Part shown: positions 1-8,896 of the stretch, in pieces
How the letters are laid out: each line of letters opens with the position of its first letter
How positions within the stretch are numbered: position 1 is the first letter of the stretch
From: Patescibacteria group bacterium
GTDB lineage: Bacteria; Patescibacteriota; Patescibacteriia; SG8-24; DYFX01
Direction: 5' to 3'
Assembly: GCA_041659045.1 (NCBI GenBank)
Contig: JBAZZB010000001.1
Span: forward strand, 326,111 to 390,110
Length of the DNA stretch: 64,000 bases
Translations under genes and position numbers: made by a program
Notes under the pieces: model-generated
What the model was told of the DNA's origin: nothing
What the model saw: the letters and a program-made list of their open reading frames with translations, nothing else
The model's database searches: none

Positions 1-567
1 AAGCAGTGCCTCGTTCGTGAGGATCGACCAAGCGAGCTGATGCAATGCGTTCTGCAGCAGCGCGAGATCTCCCTTGATGTAGGTGAAGCGTGCGCCGGCG
101 ACTTCGGAGCCGGTCTCGTTGTCGATAATACCCAGCGCTTCGCCGAGCGCGACGTGATCTTTGGGCTCAAAATCAAACGTTGTCGGCCCCCCTACTTTTC
201 GAATGACAACGTTACCGGATTCATCGGGACCGATCGGCGTGTCTTCGGATGGAATGTTCGGCAAAGCTTTGAGTAAGAGATCGAGCTCTGCTTCCACTTC
301 CACGAGCGCGGTTTCGGTCGCCTTCATGCCATCTTTGAGCGCGCGCATCTCTTCGACCGCCTTCGACTTCGCATCTGCGTCCGTCTCCTTCGCAATTTTC
401 TCTCCGGCCGTATTCTGCTCGGCGCGCTTTTCTTGAAGCTCGCCGATCAGGCGGCGGCGCTTTTCGTCGATTTCCAAAAGCGCGTCAACGTTCACCGGCG
501 AATTTTTCGCGGCGGCGCCTTTCTTTACGAGGTCGGGGTGTTCGCGGACGAAATTCAGGTCAAGCAT
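1..567 (-). CDS. serS: seryl-tRNA synthetase, N-terminal part (runs off the window start)
   Basis: Manual translation from ATG at 567: MLDLNFVREHPDLVKKGAAAKNSPVNVDALLEIDEKRRRL..., the typical SerS coiled-coil arm; not in the ORF track because its stop lies outside the window. Confidence 0.93.
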   Translation of the reverse strand, partial: MLDLNFVREHPDLVKKGAAAKNSPVNVDALLEIDEKRRRLIGELQEKRAEQNTAGEKIAKETDADAKSKAVEEMRALKDGMKATETALVEVEAELDLLLKALPNIPSEDTPIGPDESGNVVIRKVGGPTTFDFEPKDHVALGEALGIIDNETGSEVAGARFTYIKGDLALLQNALHQLAWSILTNEALL

Positions 568-568
568 A

Positions 569-961
569 TCAGCGGTTCAGTATCGAAGATTTGTAGCGTT
601 CAGGTTCAAGGGCTTCCATGCGGAGGATCTTGGCTTCCAAGCCTCGTTCTTTACAGGCTTCTGAAAGTTTGTCGACGAAAGCTTCCTGGTCGTAACCGAG
701 GCAGATCACGTCTGGTCGGATTTGGCCGAGAACGGCGTATTTGTCGGTTTCAGAGCCTAGAATCGCGTCATATCCGGCGGCTTGGACTCCCGCTTGGCGC
801 GCGATTTCGTCGTGCAGCGGAGGCCGACCTTTTACCTTGAGCACCGTCGTGTCGCGAGCGATAACGACCGTGAGGTCGCCGTGCGCGGACGCGGAGTCAA
901 GATAGAATTTGTGGCCAGGATGAAAACCATCGAAGGTGCCGAAGGCAAGAACTTTAGGCAT
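569..961 (-). CDS. cytidylyltransferase-like nucleotidyltransferase, archaeal-type FAD synthase (RibL-like)
   Basis: FGTFDGFHPGH (HxGH), VVIARD, RPDVICLGYDQ, C-terminal KSS. Confidence 0.8.
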   Translation of the reverse strand: MPKVLAFGTFDGFHPGHKFYLDSASAHGDLTVVIARDTTVLKVKGRPPLHDEIARQAGVQAAGYDAILGSETDKYAVLGQIRPDVICLGYDQEAFVDKLSEACKERGLEAKILRMEALEPERYKSSILNR

Positions 962-1790
962 AGAGCTTCTTGATCAGCGCCGTCATCGTGCGAGGCGTGA
1001 ACTTCGTGCGCGCGTTTGTCGGCGCAACGAGATCGCCGTGCAAGAGCATGCGTTTCGAGTGATGGAAGTACCACTCGTTCTCCGGCTCCTTCGCGCGTAC
1101 GGCCTTCGCAAGATTCGTGAGATCGATCTTCGAACTCGGCGCCGCGCGGACGTGGAGATAGCGGCGCGAGGGATGCTCGAGCACGATGAGTGCATACCCG
1201 AGTTCCGCCGAGATCGTGCTGGCCATGCCGGGCAGCATCGCCGAACGAACGGCAACGCCCTTTCCGTGCTTCGTCGTGAAAACGACTCCGCGCTTGATTG
1301 CGTGCATGGCTTCTTCGCGCTCCTTGTAAAGGCTCAAAAGCGCGTCCATCAATACGAAACCCCAACCGCACGCCATGAGCGAATCTCCGCTCGGCAGTCC
1401 GGCGATCGTCTGCAAAATTTTGGTATCGTTGCGGAAATGCCCTGGTGTACCAATCCCGCTTCCCATGTCGCCGAGACGCACGTCGTCGACCAATGCGGCG
1501 AGCGCCTTTCCTTCTGCGCCGCTCGGAAGTTTCCCTCGGCGCTTCAGATCTTTCCAAATGAGGCTCGTCGCCGAGTCTTTGAGATCGCCTTTATGCTCGT
1601 CGTATTTTCCGCGACCGATACCAACGCCGATTTTTTCGGGAGGCAGCTTTACGCCGCCAGCAGACGTCGGAACGAATTCGATCTCCGCTTTGCGCAGCGA
1701 CGAATCAAAACGCTTCAAAAGCCACAAACCCGCGACGTCGTCGCGGTGCGGGAAGAGATGGGTGACGAGGGTTTTAGGATGTTTGGACAT
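954..1790 (-). CDS. hypothetical protein, possible DHH/MYG1-like metal-dependent phosphoesterase
   Basis: VTHLFPHRDD near the N-terminus, GRGKYDEH, SATSLIW, DD motif; overlaps lysS and the RibL-like gene on the same strand. Confidence 0.55.
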   Translation of the reverse strand: MSKHPKTLVTHLFPHRDDVAGLWLLKRFDSSLRKAEIEFVPTSAGGVKLPPEKIGVGIGRGKYDEHKGDLKDSATSLIWKDLKRRGKLPSGAEGKALAALVDDVRLGDMGSGIGTPGHFRNDTKILQTIAGLPSGDSLMACGWGFVLMDALLSLYKEREEAMHAIKRGVVFTTKHGKGVAVRSAMLPGMASTISAELGYALIVLEHPSRRYLHVRAAPSSKIDLTNLAKAVRAKEPENEWYFHHSKRMLLHGDLVAPTNARTKFTPRTMTALIKKLYA

Positions 1791-3273
1791 CGTCTTCTTG
1801 TACCTGCTGCTCCGGACGCATGGTCGGGAACAGAATGACTTCCTTGATGGAGTGCGCGCCCGTGAGCAGTGCGGTCAGGCGGTCGATGCCCATGCCGAAA
1901 CCGGCCGTGGGCGGCATGCCGTATTTGAGCGCTTCGACGAAGTCGGCGTCGGCCGGCATGGCTTCTTCCGAACCCGCTTCTTTTTTCTGCGCTTCTTCCA
2001 TGAAGCGCGCTTCTTGTTCGAGCGGATCGTTCAGCTCGTTGTAGGCCTTCGTGACCTCGATGCCTTGAACGAGAAGTTGGACCGAGGCGATACGATCCGG
2101 TTGATCGGGCTTCCGCTTGGCGAGCGGAATCATCTCGGCAGGATAGTCGATAACGAACGTCGGCTGGACGATCTTCGGGCGCACGTACGTTTTATAGAGC
2201 GCGTCGACGCACTCGCCAAAACCATGCAGGTTCTCTGCATCGATTTTCAAATTCTTTTCGGAGAGCGCTTTTTTAAGCGTCTGCTCGTCGCGCACCTGCT
2301 CGAGATCGATGCCAGTCCCCTCTTTGACGAGATCATAAAACTTTCGGCGCGGATACGGGCCACTGAAATCGAGTGTCGTACCGTCGCGCTCGACGGTCAT
2401 CTTGCCGCCTTGCGTCGCCGAAACGATTCCGGAGACGAGGCGCTCGGTCAGATCCATGAGGTTCTCGTAGTTCGCGTAGGCCCAGTAGAATTCAACCTGC
2501 GTGAATTCAGGGTTGTGCTGAAAGCTGATGCCTTCGTTGCGGAAACAGCGCGCAACTTCGAAAACTTTTTCGAATCCACCGACGATCAAACGCTTGAGGA
2601 AAAGTTCCGGTGCGATGCGCAGCTGCAGATCGAGATCGAGCGCGTTGTGATGCGTGGTGAACGGTCGCGCCGCGGCGCCGCCGGCCTGCGTTTGCAGAAT
2701 CGGCGTCTCGACTTCCATAAAACCTTCCGCGTGGAGGAAATCGCGGATCGTGCGGACAATCAAGCTACGCGTGCGGAAAATGCCGCGCACCTCTTCGTTC
2801 GCGATCAGGTCGAGATGACGCTTGCGATAGCGGATTTCGACGTCCGACAAACCGTGCCACTTTTCCGGCATGGGAAGAAGCGCTTTCGAGAGCACGCGCC
2901 ACGAACGCGCTTCGAGCGTTTTTTCGCCGCGCTTCGTGAGGAACACGACACCTTCGGCTTCGATGAAATCGCCAAGATCAATTGCAGCGGTGAATTTTTC
3001 AAACGATTCCTGGCCGATCGTATCGAGTTTGAGATGTAGCTGGAGTTTTCCGGATTCATCGGCCAGGTCGGCAAAGGCTGCTCCTCCGTGCGTACGAACG
3101 GCGCGGACGCGACCGCAGAGCGTGACGGTCTTCTGTTCGGCGCTCAGCGCATCAAAATGCGAGACGACTTGGGCGCACGTCATCGTACGATGCGCGTTGG
3201 CCGGATAGGGATCCGTGCCTGCCACGCGCAGATTCTTCGCTTTGTCTCGTCGAACGATTTCCTCTTCGAGCAT
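1774..3273 (-). CDS. lysS: lysyl-tRNA synthetase (class II)
   Basis: OB-fold N-terminus, GGAAARPFTTHHN, LRIAPELFLKRL, FRNEG, YGMPPTAGFGMGIDRL; start trimmed to MLEEE. Confidence 0.98.
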   Translation of the reverse strand: MLEEEIVRRDKAKNLRVAGTDPYPANAHRTMTCAQVVSHFDALSAEQKTVTLCGRVRAVRTHGGAAFADLADESGKLQLHLKLDTIGQESFEKFTAAIDLGDFIEAEGVVFLTKRGEKTLEARSWRVLSKALLPMPEKWHGLSDVEIRYRKRHLDLIANEEVRGIFRTRSLIVRTIRDFLHAEGFMEVETPILQTQAGGAAARPFTTHHNALDLDLQLRIAPELFLKRLIVGGFEKVFEVARCFRNEGISFQHNPEFTQVEFYWAYANYENLMDLTERLVSGIVSATQGGKMTVERDGTTLDFSGPYPRRKFYDLVKEGTGIDLEQVRDEQTLKKALSEKNLKIDAENLHGFGECVDALYKTYVRPKIVQPTFVIDYPAEMIPLAKRKPDQPDRIASVQLLVQGIEVTKAYNELNDPLEQEARFMEEAQKKEAGSEEAMPADADFVEALKYGMPPTAGFGMGIDRLTALLTGAHSIKEVILFPTMRPEQQVQEDDVQTS

Positions 3274-3274
3274 A

Positions 3275-3736
3275 TCAGCAAGTGATGTCCAGAATTTCGT
3301 AGGTCGTCGTGGAGCCGTTTGGCATGACGTTGTCGAACTTCTCTCCTTTTTTGCGGCCAAGAAGCGCGGTGCCGATCGGCGACTCGTTCGAGATCTTGCC
3401 GATGGTTGGATCGGATTCTTTGGGACCAACAATGTGATACTCCTTTTCCTTCTCACCGGCTTTGCAGCGCACGTGGCAACCGACGTTTACGACTTCCGTA
3501 GAAGTGGGGGCAGAGACGACAGCGCGCGCCAAGAAACTTTCGAGCTCCTGAATGCGCCCCTCCATGAAGGCAAGCGCGTCTTTGGCATCGTGGTACTCGG
3601 CGTTCTCGGACAGGTCGCCCAAGTCCTTGGCTTTGGCGATGCGGTCCGCGATCTCAAAACGACGGACGCTTTTGAGCTCATGAAGCTCCGCGCGCATCGT
3701 CTCGAGGCCCTCTTTTGTGGTGATGTATGACTTCAT
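3275..3736 (-). CDS. greA: transcription elongation factor GreA
   Basis: GDLSENAEYHDAK, ISNESPIGTALLG. Confidence 0.96.
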   Translation of the reverse strand: MKSYITTKEGLETMRAELHELKSVRRFEIADRIAKAKDLGDLSENAEYHDAKDALAFMEGRIQELESFLARAVVSAPTSTEVVNVGCHVRCKAGEKEKEYHIVGPKESDPTIGKISNESPIGTALLGRKKGEKFDNVMPNGSTTTYEILDITC

Positions 3737-3769
3737 AAAATCCGGTCGCAAAGCGATCGTTTGTTACGC

Positions 3770-5794
3770 CTAGTATAGGCCGCTTGAAGTCGCCGCGTCA
3801 ATCGGATTTGAGGCCGCCTCCGGGCTGGCTGCCGACCCGTTTTTTGGGCGCATCCATGCCTCGATAATGTCCCTGGCGACGGGGGCTGAGGCGCGTGAGC
3901 CCTCGCCACCAGCTTCTACGAGGACGACGACGACGATTTCAGGGTCGTTATAAGGGGCAAACCCAGCAAACCAGGCGTGGGTCGGCTTATTTGAGCTCCA
4001 CTGGGCGGTACCTGTTTTACCGGCGATCTCGACGAACGAGGTTTTGAGGCCTTGGGCCGAGCCGGCCAGGACGGTCTGTCGCATGCCGTGCCGTACGACG
4101 TCGACGATGTCTTTGGAGACAACGCCTTTCACGATCGGTTCCGGCGCGTGCTTTTCGATGGTCTTGTCGGAGCGTATTTGTTTTACGACGTGTGGCCGCA
4201 CAATATCGCCGCCGTTGGCGAAGGCGGCGGTCCAGGCCGCCACCTGAAGCGGTGTCGACGTCATGTCACCTTGGCCGATCGCGACGTGGTAAGTGTCACC
4301 GATATACCAGACCTCGTCCTTCACGCGTTCTTTCCAAGCACTGTCCGGTACAAAGCCGGCCGCTTCGCTCGGAAGGTCGATGCCCAGCTTGGTACCGATG
4401 CCGAATTTGCGATACCAGGAAGCCAGGCGTTCGATTCCAAGACCTTCGATGCGATCCCAACCGCCACCAACCGCGTAGAAAAACGTGTTGACGGACTCAG
4501 CAATCGCCTTCGTAACGTTGGTCGTACCGTGGCCGCCGTTCTTCCAGTCTGGAAAGAACCACGCGCCGAAATGAATACCGCCAGTTGAGAGAACGGTCGT
4601 CGACGGCGAAACAACACCTTCGGCCAATGCGGCGGCGGCAACGATGGTTTTGATGGTCGAGCCTGGAGGAAACGCTCCGGCGACGGCGCGTGGGAAAAGC
4701 GGTTGGTTCGTATCTTGCAGCAGTGCTTGGTACTCCTTGTTTGAGATGCCGCGCGCAAAGAGGTTCGCGTCGTAGGCGGGCCAGCTGACGAGTGCCAAGA
4801 TCTCTCCGTTACGCGGATCCATGGCGACAACAGAGCCTCGTCCGAGTCCGTTTCTTGCCGCTGAATTTTTCAGAGCGGTTTCTGCTGCTGCTTGAAGCTT
4901 GGCGTCGATCGTAAGCGTGATGTCCATGCCTTGAACCGGCTCATCAGCGGCCAAAACTTTTTGTTCGCGACCAAAGGCGTCTACCTCGATCTGCTTTTTA
5001 CCGTAGGTGCCGCGCAGCTCGCGCTCGTAGAAGGCTTCGATGCCCGTTTTACCAATGGCGTCGGTTGGTAAATACCCCGAAGACTTGAGTCGCGAATACT
5101 CAGCCTCGTTGATGCGACCTTCGTAGCCGATCACGTGCGAAAGACTCATGATCGGCTCTTTGGCGCCCTCAGGTTTCAAGAGAATTTCGCGCTTTGTGCC
5201 CGCACCGAGCGCGACGCCCGTCATGCGACCGCTTTGGATATCGAGCTTGAGCGCCTGTTCGTAGTCGAGGTGCTCCTTGATCGGCACGGGTGAGGCAAGG
5301 TTCGCTGGGTAGTTGCGCAGGCTTTTTTCGACATCGACCGGCGTCAATCCAACAGCCTCTGCTAGCTGCACGATGAGCTGCTCGCGCGCTTCCGTGTCGC
5401 GCGGCACGTCTGCCGGCGTTACCGTCAATGTAAAATCCGGGACGTTGCGAACAAGAAGTGTGCCGTTGCGGTCATAGATTACGCCGCGTTCAGAAGGAAC
5501 GGCGGCGATACGCAAGCGGTTTCCCTCGGCTTGCTGTCGATACTCCGCGCCCTTTACAAGATCAAGATATCCCGCGCGAGCGCCAAGTGTGGCGAGCATG
5601 AGAAAGAAAACGATAAAAGAGATCTTCAGCTTTCGCGAGGTTAAAGAGGGGCCGATATACCCGTGATGGCCGAGGGGCTGCTCTTCAAACGGCTGACCGA
5701 TCGGTCCGCCCGACGATTCGTCAATCGTGGGAATCGCCTGATCGATCTCGCCGTGTCCGAGGCCTTCGACGTCAGGAAAAAGCGTGCGGGGCAT
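3770..5794 (-). CDS. mrdA: penicillin-binding protein 2 (class B transpeptidase)
   Basis: N-terminal TM, RGVIYDRNG, GKTGIE, PGSTIK (SxxK), SVN (SxN), KTGTAQ; follows mreBCD. Confidence 0.95.
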   Translation of the reverse strand: MPRTLFPDVEGLGHGEIDQAIPTIDESSGGPIGQPFEEQPLGHHGYIGPSLTSRKLKISFIVFFLMLATLGARAGYLDLVKGAEYRQQAEGNRLRIAAVPSERGVIYDRNGTLLVRNVPDFTLTVTPADVPRDTEAREQLIVQLAEAVGLTPVDVEKSLRNYPANLASPVPIKEHLDYEQALKLDIQSGRMTGVALGAGTKREILLKPEGAKEPIMSLSHVIGYEGRINEAEYSRLKSSGYLPTDAIGKTGIEAFYERELRGTYGKKQIEVDAFGREQKVLAADEPVQGMDITLTIDAKLQAAAETALKNSAARNGLGRGSVVAMDPRNGEILALVSWPAYDANLFARGISNKEYQALLQDTNQPLFPRAVAGAFPPGSTIKTIVAAAALAEGVVSPSTTVLSTGGIHFGAWFFPDWKNGGHGTTNVTKAIAESVNTFFYAVGGGWDRIEGLGIERLASWYRKFGIGTKLGIDLPSEAAGFVPDSAWKERVKDEVWYIGDTYHVAIGQGDMTSTPLQVAAWTAAFANGGDIVRPHVVKQIRSDKTIEKHAPEPIVKGVVSKDIVDVVRHGMRQTVLAGSAQGLKTSFVEIAGKTGTAQWSSNKPTHAWFAGFAPYNDPEIVVVVLVEAGGEGSRASAPVARDIIEAWMRPKNGSAASPEAASNPIDAATSSGLY

Positions 5795-6314
5795 GCGAGA
5801 GGAAAGTTTGTCTGTAACGGCGGCTGAGCATGTTCTCGACGCCGACGAGGAGCAGGAGTGCTCCACCGGCGACGATACCTTGGCGGACCGGCGCCAAAAT
5901 AGAAGCGGCGGAAAGATCGATCAAGATCGGCACGCCGCCGAACAGAACGTTGACGCCGTCGAGTGCCGAGAGCGTGAACCAATGAATGATTGCGGTGGCA
6001 GCACCGATCAGGAAGAGCGCGAGGGTTCCGGTGTTCGTAACGACGCGTTGGAAAAGAAAACGGGCGGCGAAAAACGCGACAAACAGCGCGAAGAGTTCCG
6101 AGCCAAAGCCGAGGAGGCCATGCATGTCGAGCACAATGCCGCCGATGAGCGCCCAGCCGGACGAAAGGAGTGGGCGGTCACGCACGATGCCGTACGCGAT
6201 CGCAATGATGGGCAAAGAAAGAGCTGAAAACGGAAACGGTAGTTGCGACAAGAAGCTGATTTGTACGATCGTGGCGAAGATGGCAATCGTGCCGTGAAGC
6301 AAAACCTTCCACAT
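5772..6314 (-). CDS. mreD: MreD-like rod shape-determining membrane protein
   Basis: About five hydrophobic helices, GIVLD..G motif, lies between mreC and pbp2. Confidence 0.7.
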   Translation of the reverse strand: MWKVLLHGTIAIFATIVQISFLSQLPFPFSALSLPIIAIAYGIVRDRPLLSSGWALIGGIVLDMHGLLGFGSELFALFVAFFAARFLFQRVVTNTGTLALFLIGAATAIIHWFTLSALDGVNVLFGGVPILIDLSAASILAPVRQGIVAGGALLLLVGVENMLSRRYRQTFLSHAPHAFS

Positions 6315-6315
6315 A

Positions 6316-7116
6316 TCAGGGAAATGGAATCGCGACGACATCGAGGCGATCGAGCGCGATCGGTGACGAAATCGTAGCGGTTTTGAAAGGGCTCTTCTCC
6401 TGAGTTTCTACGGCCGTGATGCGTCCGATCAATAGACCTCTCGGCGTCATGGGTTCGATGCCGGAGGTGATGATCATATCACCCGTCGTCAGCTCTTCGT
6501 TCTGAGGGATGAGCCGCATTTCCAAGCTCAGTCCTCGCTTGCCTTGGACAACGCCTTGCGTGCGCACGGAGTTTTGAACGGAAGCGCCAACGCGGCTGCG
6601 CGTGTCAGTCAAAAGAAGTGCGATGGACGTCGTGCGCTCGGCTTTGAAAATTTTTCCAATTAAAACGCCATCGGCGGCCACAACCGGCATGTCCGGGGCG
6701 ACACCGTCATCGGTGCCACGATCAAGCAAAATCGTATGCGTACCGGCTTCCGGCGTACGTGCCAGTACGCGCGCTACGACGGGAGTTTTTTTCTGCTGCT
6801 TGGCGTATCCCAAAAGCTTTTCCAGCTCTTCGTTCTCTTCCTGCACGGTCGTAAGCCGGGCGACCTCAACAGACAAGTCAGCATTTTCCGCGCGTAACGC
6901 GTCGTTTTCATTCAAGACAGCGTTGATGCGAAATGGCGCGCTGATGGCCGCACGAAGCGATCGTCCGGCCTCGGCAAGTTTGGCTTCCTGTCCTGAAAGT
7001 TTCTTGAGCGTCCAGGCCTCTGCGTTAGCCGTTGCGCCGAGGAGGTGCAAGAAAAAAAGCAAGCCGCCCGCGGCGACGATCAAAATGATCAGGCGGGATC
7101 GGGCGACGGGTGTCAT
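6316..7116 (-). CDS. mreC: rod shape-determining protein MreC
   Basis: TM plus coiled coil (ENDALRAEN), ILLDRGTDDGV, GDMIITSG, PRGLLIG. Confidence 0.95.
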   Translation of the reverse strand: MTPVARSRLIILIVAAGGLLFFLHLLGATANAEAWTLKKLSGQEAKLAEAGRSLRAAISAPFRINAVLNENDALRAENADLSVEVARLTTVQEENEELEKLLGYAKQQKKTPVVARVLARTPEAGTHTILLDRGTDDGVAPDMPVVAADGVLIGKIFKAERTTSIALLLTDTRSRVGASVQNSVRTQGVVQGKRGLSLEMRLIPQNEELTTGDMIITSGIEPMTPRGLLIGRITAVETQEKSPFKTATISSPIALDRLDVVAIPFP

Positions 7117-7118
7117 CG

Positions 7119-8171
7119 TTAGGCCCTAGTGTTTTCCGAAGCCGACGGGAGCGCGATGGTGCGGAGGAGCTCGGGGCTTTCGAGCAGCATGCCCGTGCCA
7201 CGGACGACACAGGTGAGCGGATCATCCGCAATGCGGACCGGAATTTCGGCGGCTTTGGAGATGACCTTGTCGAGCTCTTTGAGCAAGGCTCCCCCGCCGG
7301 TCAAGATAATGCCGCGTTCGTAGATATCGGCGACAAGTTCCGGTGGCGTCTGTTCGAGCGTCGCTTTGATGTTTTCAACAATAGAGCGCATCGAACGGTA
7401 GATGGCTTCGCGGATTTGCGCGTCAGTGACAATAATTTCCTTCGGCAAACCCGTCAGAAGATCGCGTCCACGCATTTCGATTTCAAGCGGTGTTTCCAAT
7501 TCTGCGGCGGAACCGATCGCGCATTTGATCGTTTCAGCAGCATGTTCGCCAAGAAGCAGGTTAAACGTATCGCGCGCGTACTGAACAATGTTTTTGTTCA
7601 TTTCATCACCGGCGATAGCCAACGATTTCCAGGTGACGACGCCGCGCAGCGAGATGACAGCAATCTCCGTTTTACCGCCGCCGATGTCGACCACCATGTT
7701 GCCGATCGCCTCTTCGATCGGAAGACGCGCGCCGATTGCGGCTGCCATCGGACTTTCGATCAAGAAGACTTCGCGAGCACCAGCGGACAAGGCGGCGTCT
7801 TCGACGGCTTTGCGTTCGACTTCCGTGATTTCGAGCGGCACGCCGATCACGATGCGCGGACGTGGCACAACGGTGAAGCCGTCATGGTGCACTTTCTCGA
7901 TAAAGTAGCGCAGCATTTTTTCGGTCACTTCAAAATCCGAAATAATGCCCTTTGAGAGAGGGCGAGCTGTGATGATGTGAGATGGCGTCTTGCCGACCAT
8001 CTCCTTTGCTTCTTTGCCGACAGCCAAAATCTGGTTCGTGCGCGTGTTGATGGCCACGACCGACGGTTCGTTGATGACGATCCCCTTTTCTTTGACAAAA
8101 ACGCGCGTCGAGGACGTGCCGAGATCGATACCGAGATCCTTTGAAAATCGCCCGAAAAGGCTGTTCAGCAT
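7119..8171 (-). CDS. mreB: rod shape-determining protein MreB
   Basis: GIDLGT, EPSVVA, MVVDIGGGKTE, LTGGGALL. Confidence 0.98.
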   Translation of the reverse strand: MLNSLFGRFSKDLGIDLGTSSTRVFVKEKGIVINEPSVVAINTRTNQILAVGKEAKEMVGKTPSHIITARPLSKGIISDFEVTEKMLRYFIEKVHHDGFTVVPRPRIVIGVPLEITEVERKAVEDAALSAGAREVFLIESPMAAAIGARLPIEEAIGNMVVDIGGGKTEIAVISLRGVVTWKSLAIAGDEMNKNIVQYARDTFNLLLGEHAAETIKCAIGSAAELETPLEIEMRGRDLLTGLPKEIIVTDAQIREAIYRSMRSIVENIKATLEQTPPELVADIYERGIILTGGGALLKELDKVISKAAEIPVRIADDPLTCVVRGTGMLLESPELLRTIALPSASENTRA

Positions 8172-8175
8172 AGGG

Positions 8176-8184
8176 TGTGGATAA
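8176..8184. promoter_or_regulatory. perfect DnaA-box 9-mer immediately upstream of mreB
   Basis: TGTGGATAA (TTATCCACA on the minus strand), 4 nt from the mreB ATG. Confidence 0.4.
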
Positions 8185-8202
8185 GGATGCTACCCTACCA
8201 TA

Positions 8203-8583
8203 CTAACGACCCGAACGAAAGGAAATCAGGAAGAATTCCAGGACGATCAGGGTACCGGCGAACAGGAGGAGGTTCCACCAGGTCAGAATGATGCGGGATT
8301 GAAGAATCAGGGCTCCAACGACCAAGACCGTCAGGAGCAGGCTTTGGCGGAACGAGATGGCAATATGACGCGTGGCGGCTTCGTGGCGGCGCAGGATGGC
8401 TCGGAAGAGCATTCCGAGGACCGAGAAGGTGCCGATCAGCGCCAAGGAGAGCGCCGCATAGAAAAGAAGCAGGCCAAGAACTCCTCCTTCGAGAGGATCA
8501 ACGATACTCACAATGGAAAACACACCGAGCCAGCAGAGCGCGGTTGAGATCGCCATCCAGAAAAGGTATTGGCGGAAGGTCAT
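8203..8583 (-). CDS. hypothetical 4-TM membrane protein
   Basis: Four hydrophobic segments; TACAAT -10 element 6 nt before the ATG. Confidence 0.8.
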   Translation of the reverse strand: MTFRQYLFWMAISTALCWLGVFSIVSIVDPLEGGVLGLLLFYAALSLALIGTFSVLGMLFRAILRRHEAATRHIAISFRQSLLLTVLVVGALILQSRIILTWWNLLLFAGTLIVLEFFLISFRSGR

Positions 8584-8595
8584 GCGCCTATTGTA

Positions 8596-8889
8596 TCACC
8601 GCCACGGGGAGAGAAGGAACTGGATTCTTTCGCCACCCGCTTCTTTCATTGTGCCAAGGAGTGTCTCTTCATTCTTTCGGAGAATCGCGGCGACACTTGC
8701 AGACTTGCAGGCGACCGTCAGTGTTCCGTCGGCGAAACGCAGGACCTTAAACCCTGGCTCATCGCCCACCGGCAAAAAAGTGCGCGCTGCCTCTTCAAAC
8801 GTCAAAGAAACGCGGGCACGAGCCACTTTCGGGGCCATGCCGTTTTTTTTGACGGTTTCGGGAAGGATGTGTCCGATCGGGGTAAACAT
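8596..8889 (-). CDS. DciA/DUF721-family helicase-loader-like protein
   Basis: MFTPIGHIL..., FADGTLTVACKSASVAAILR fits the DUF721 pattern; start trimmed. Confidence 0.65.
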   Translation of the reverse strand: MFTPIGHILPETVKKNGMAPKVARARVSLTFEEAARTFLPVGDEPGFKVLRFADGTLTVACKSASVAAILRKNEETLLGTMKEAGGERIQFLLSPWR

Positions 8890-8896
8890 GGGTCCT

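Noticed and set aside
1375-3039. 554-aa plus-strand ORF
   Set aside because: Antisense shadow of lysS; no motifs, typical of GC-rich codon bias
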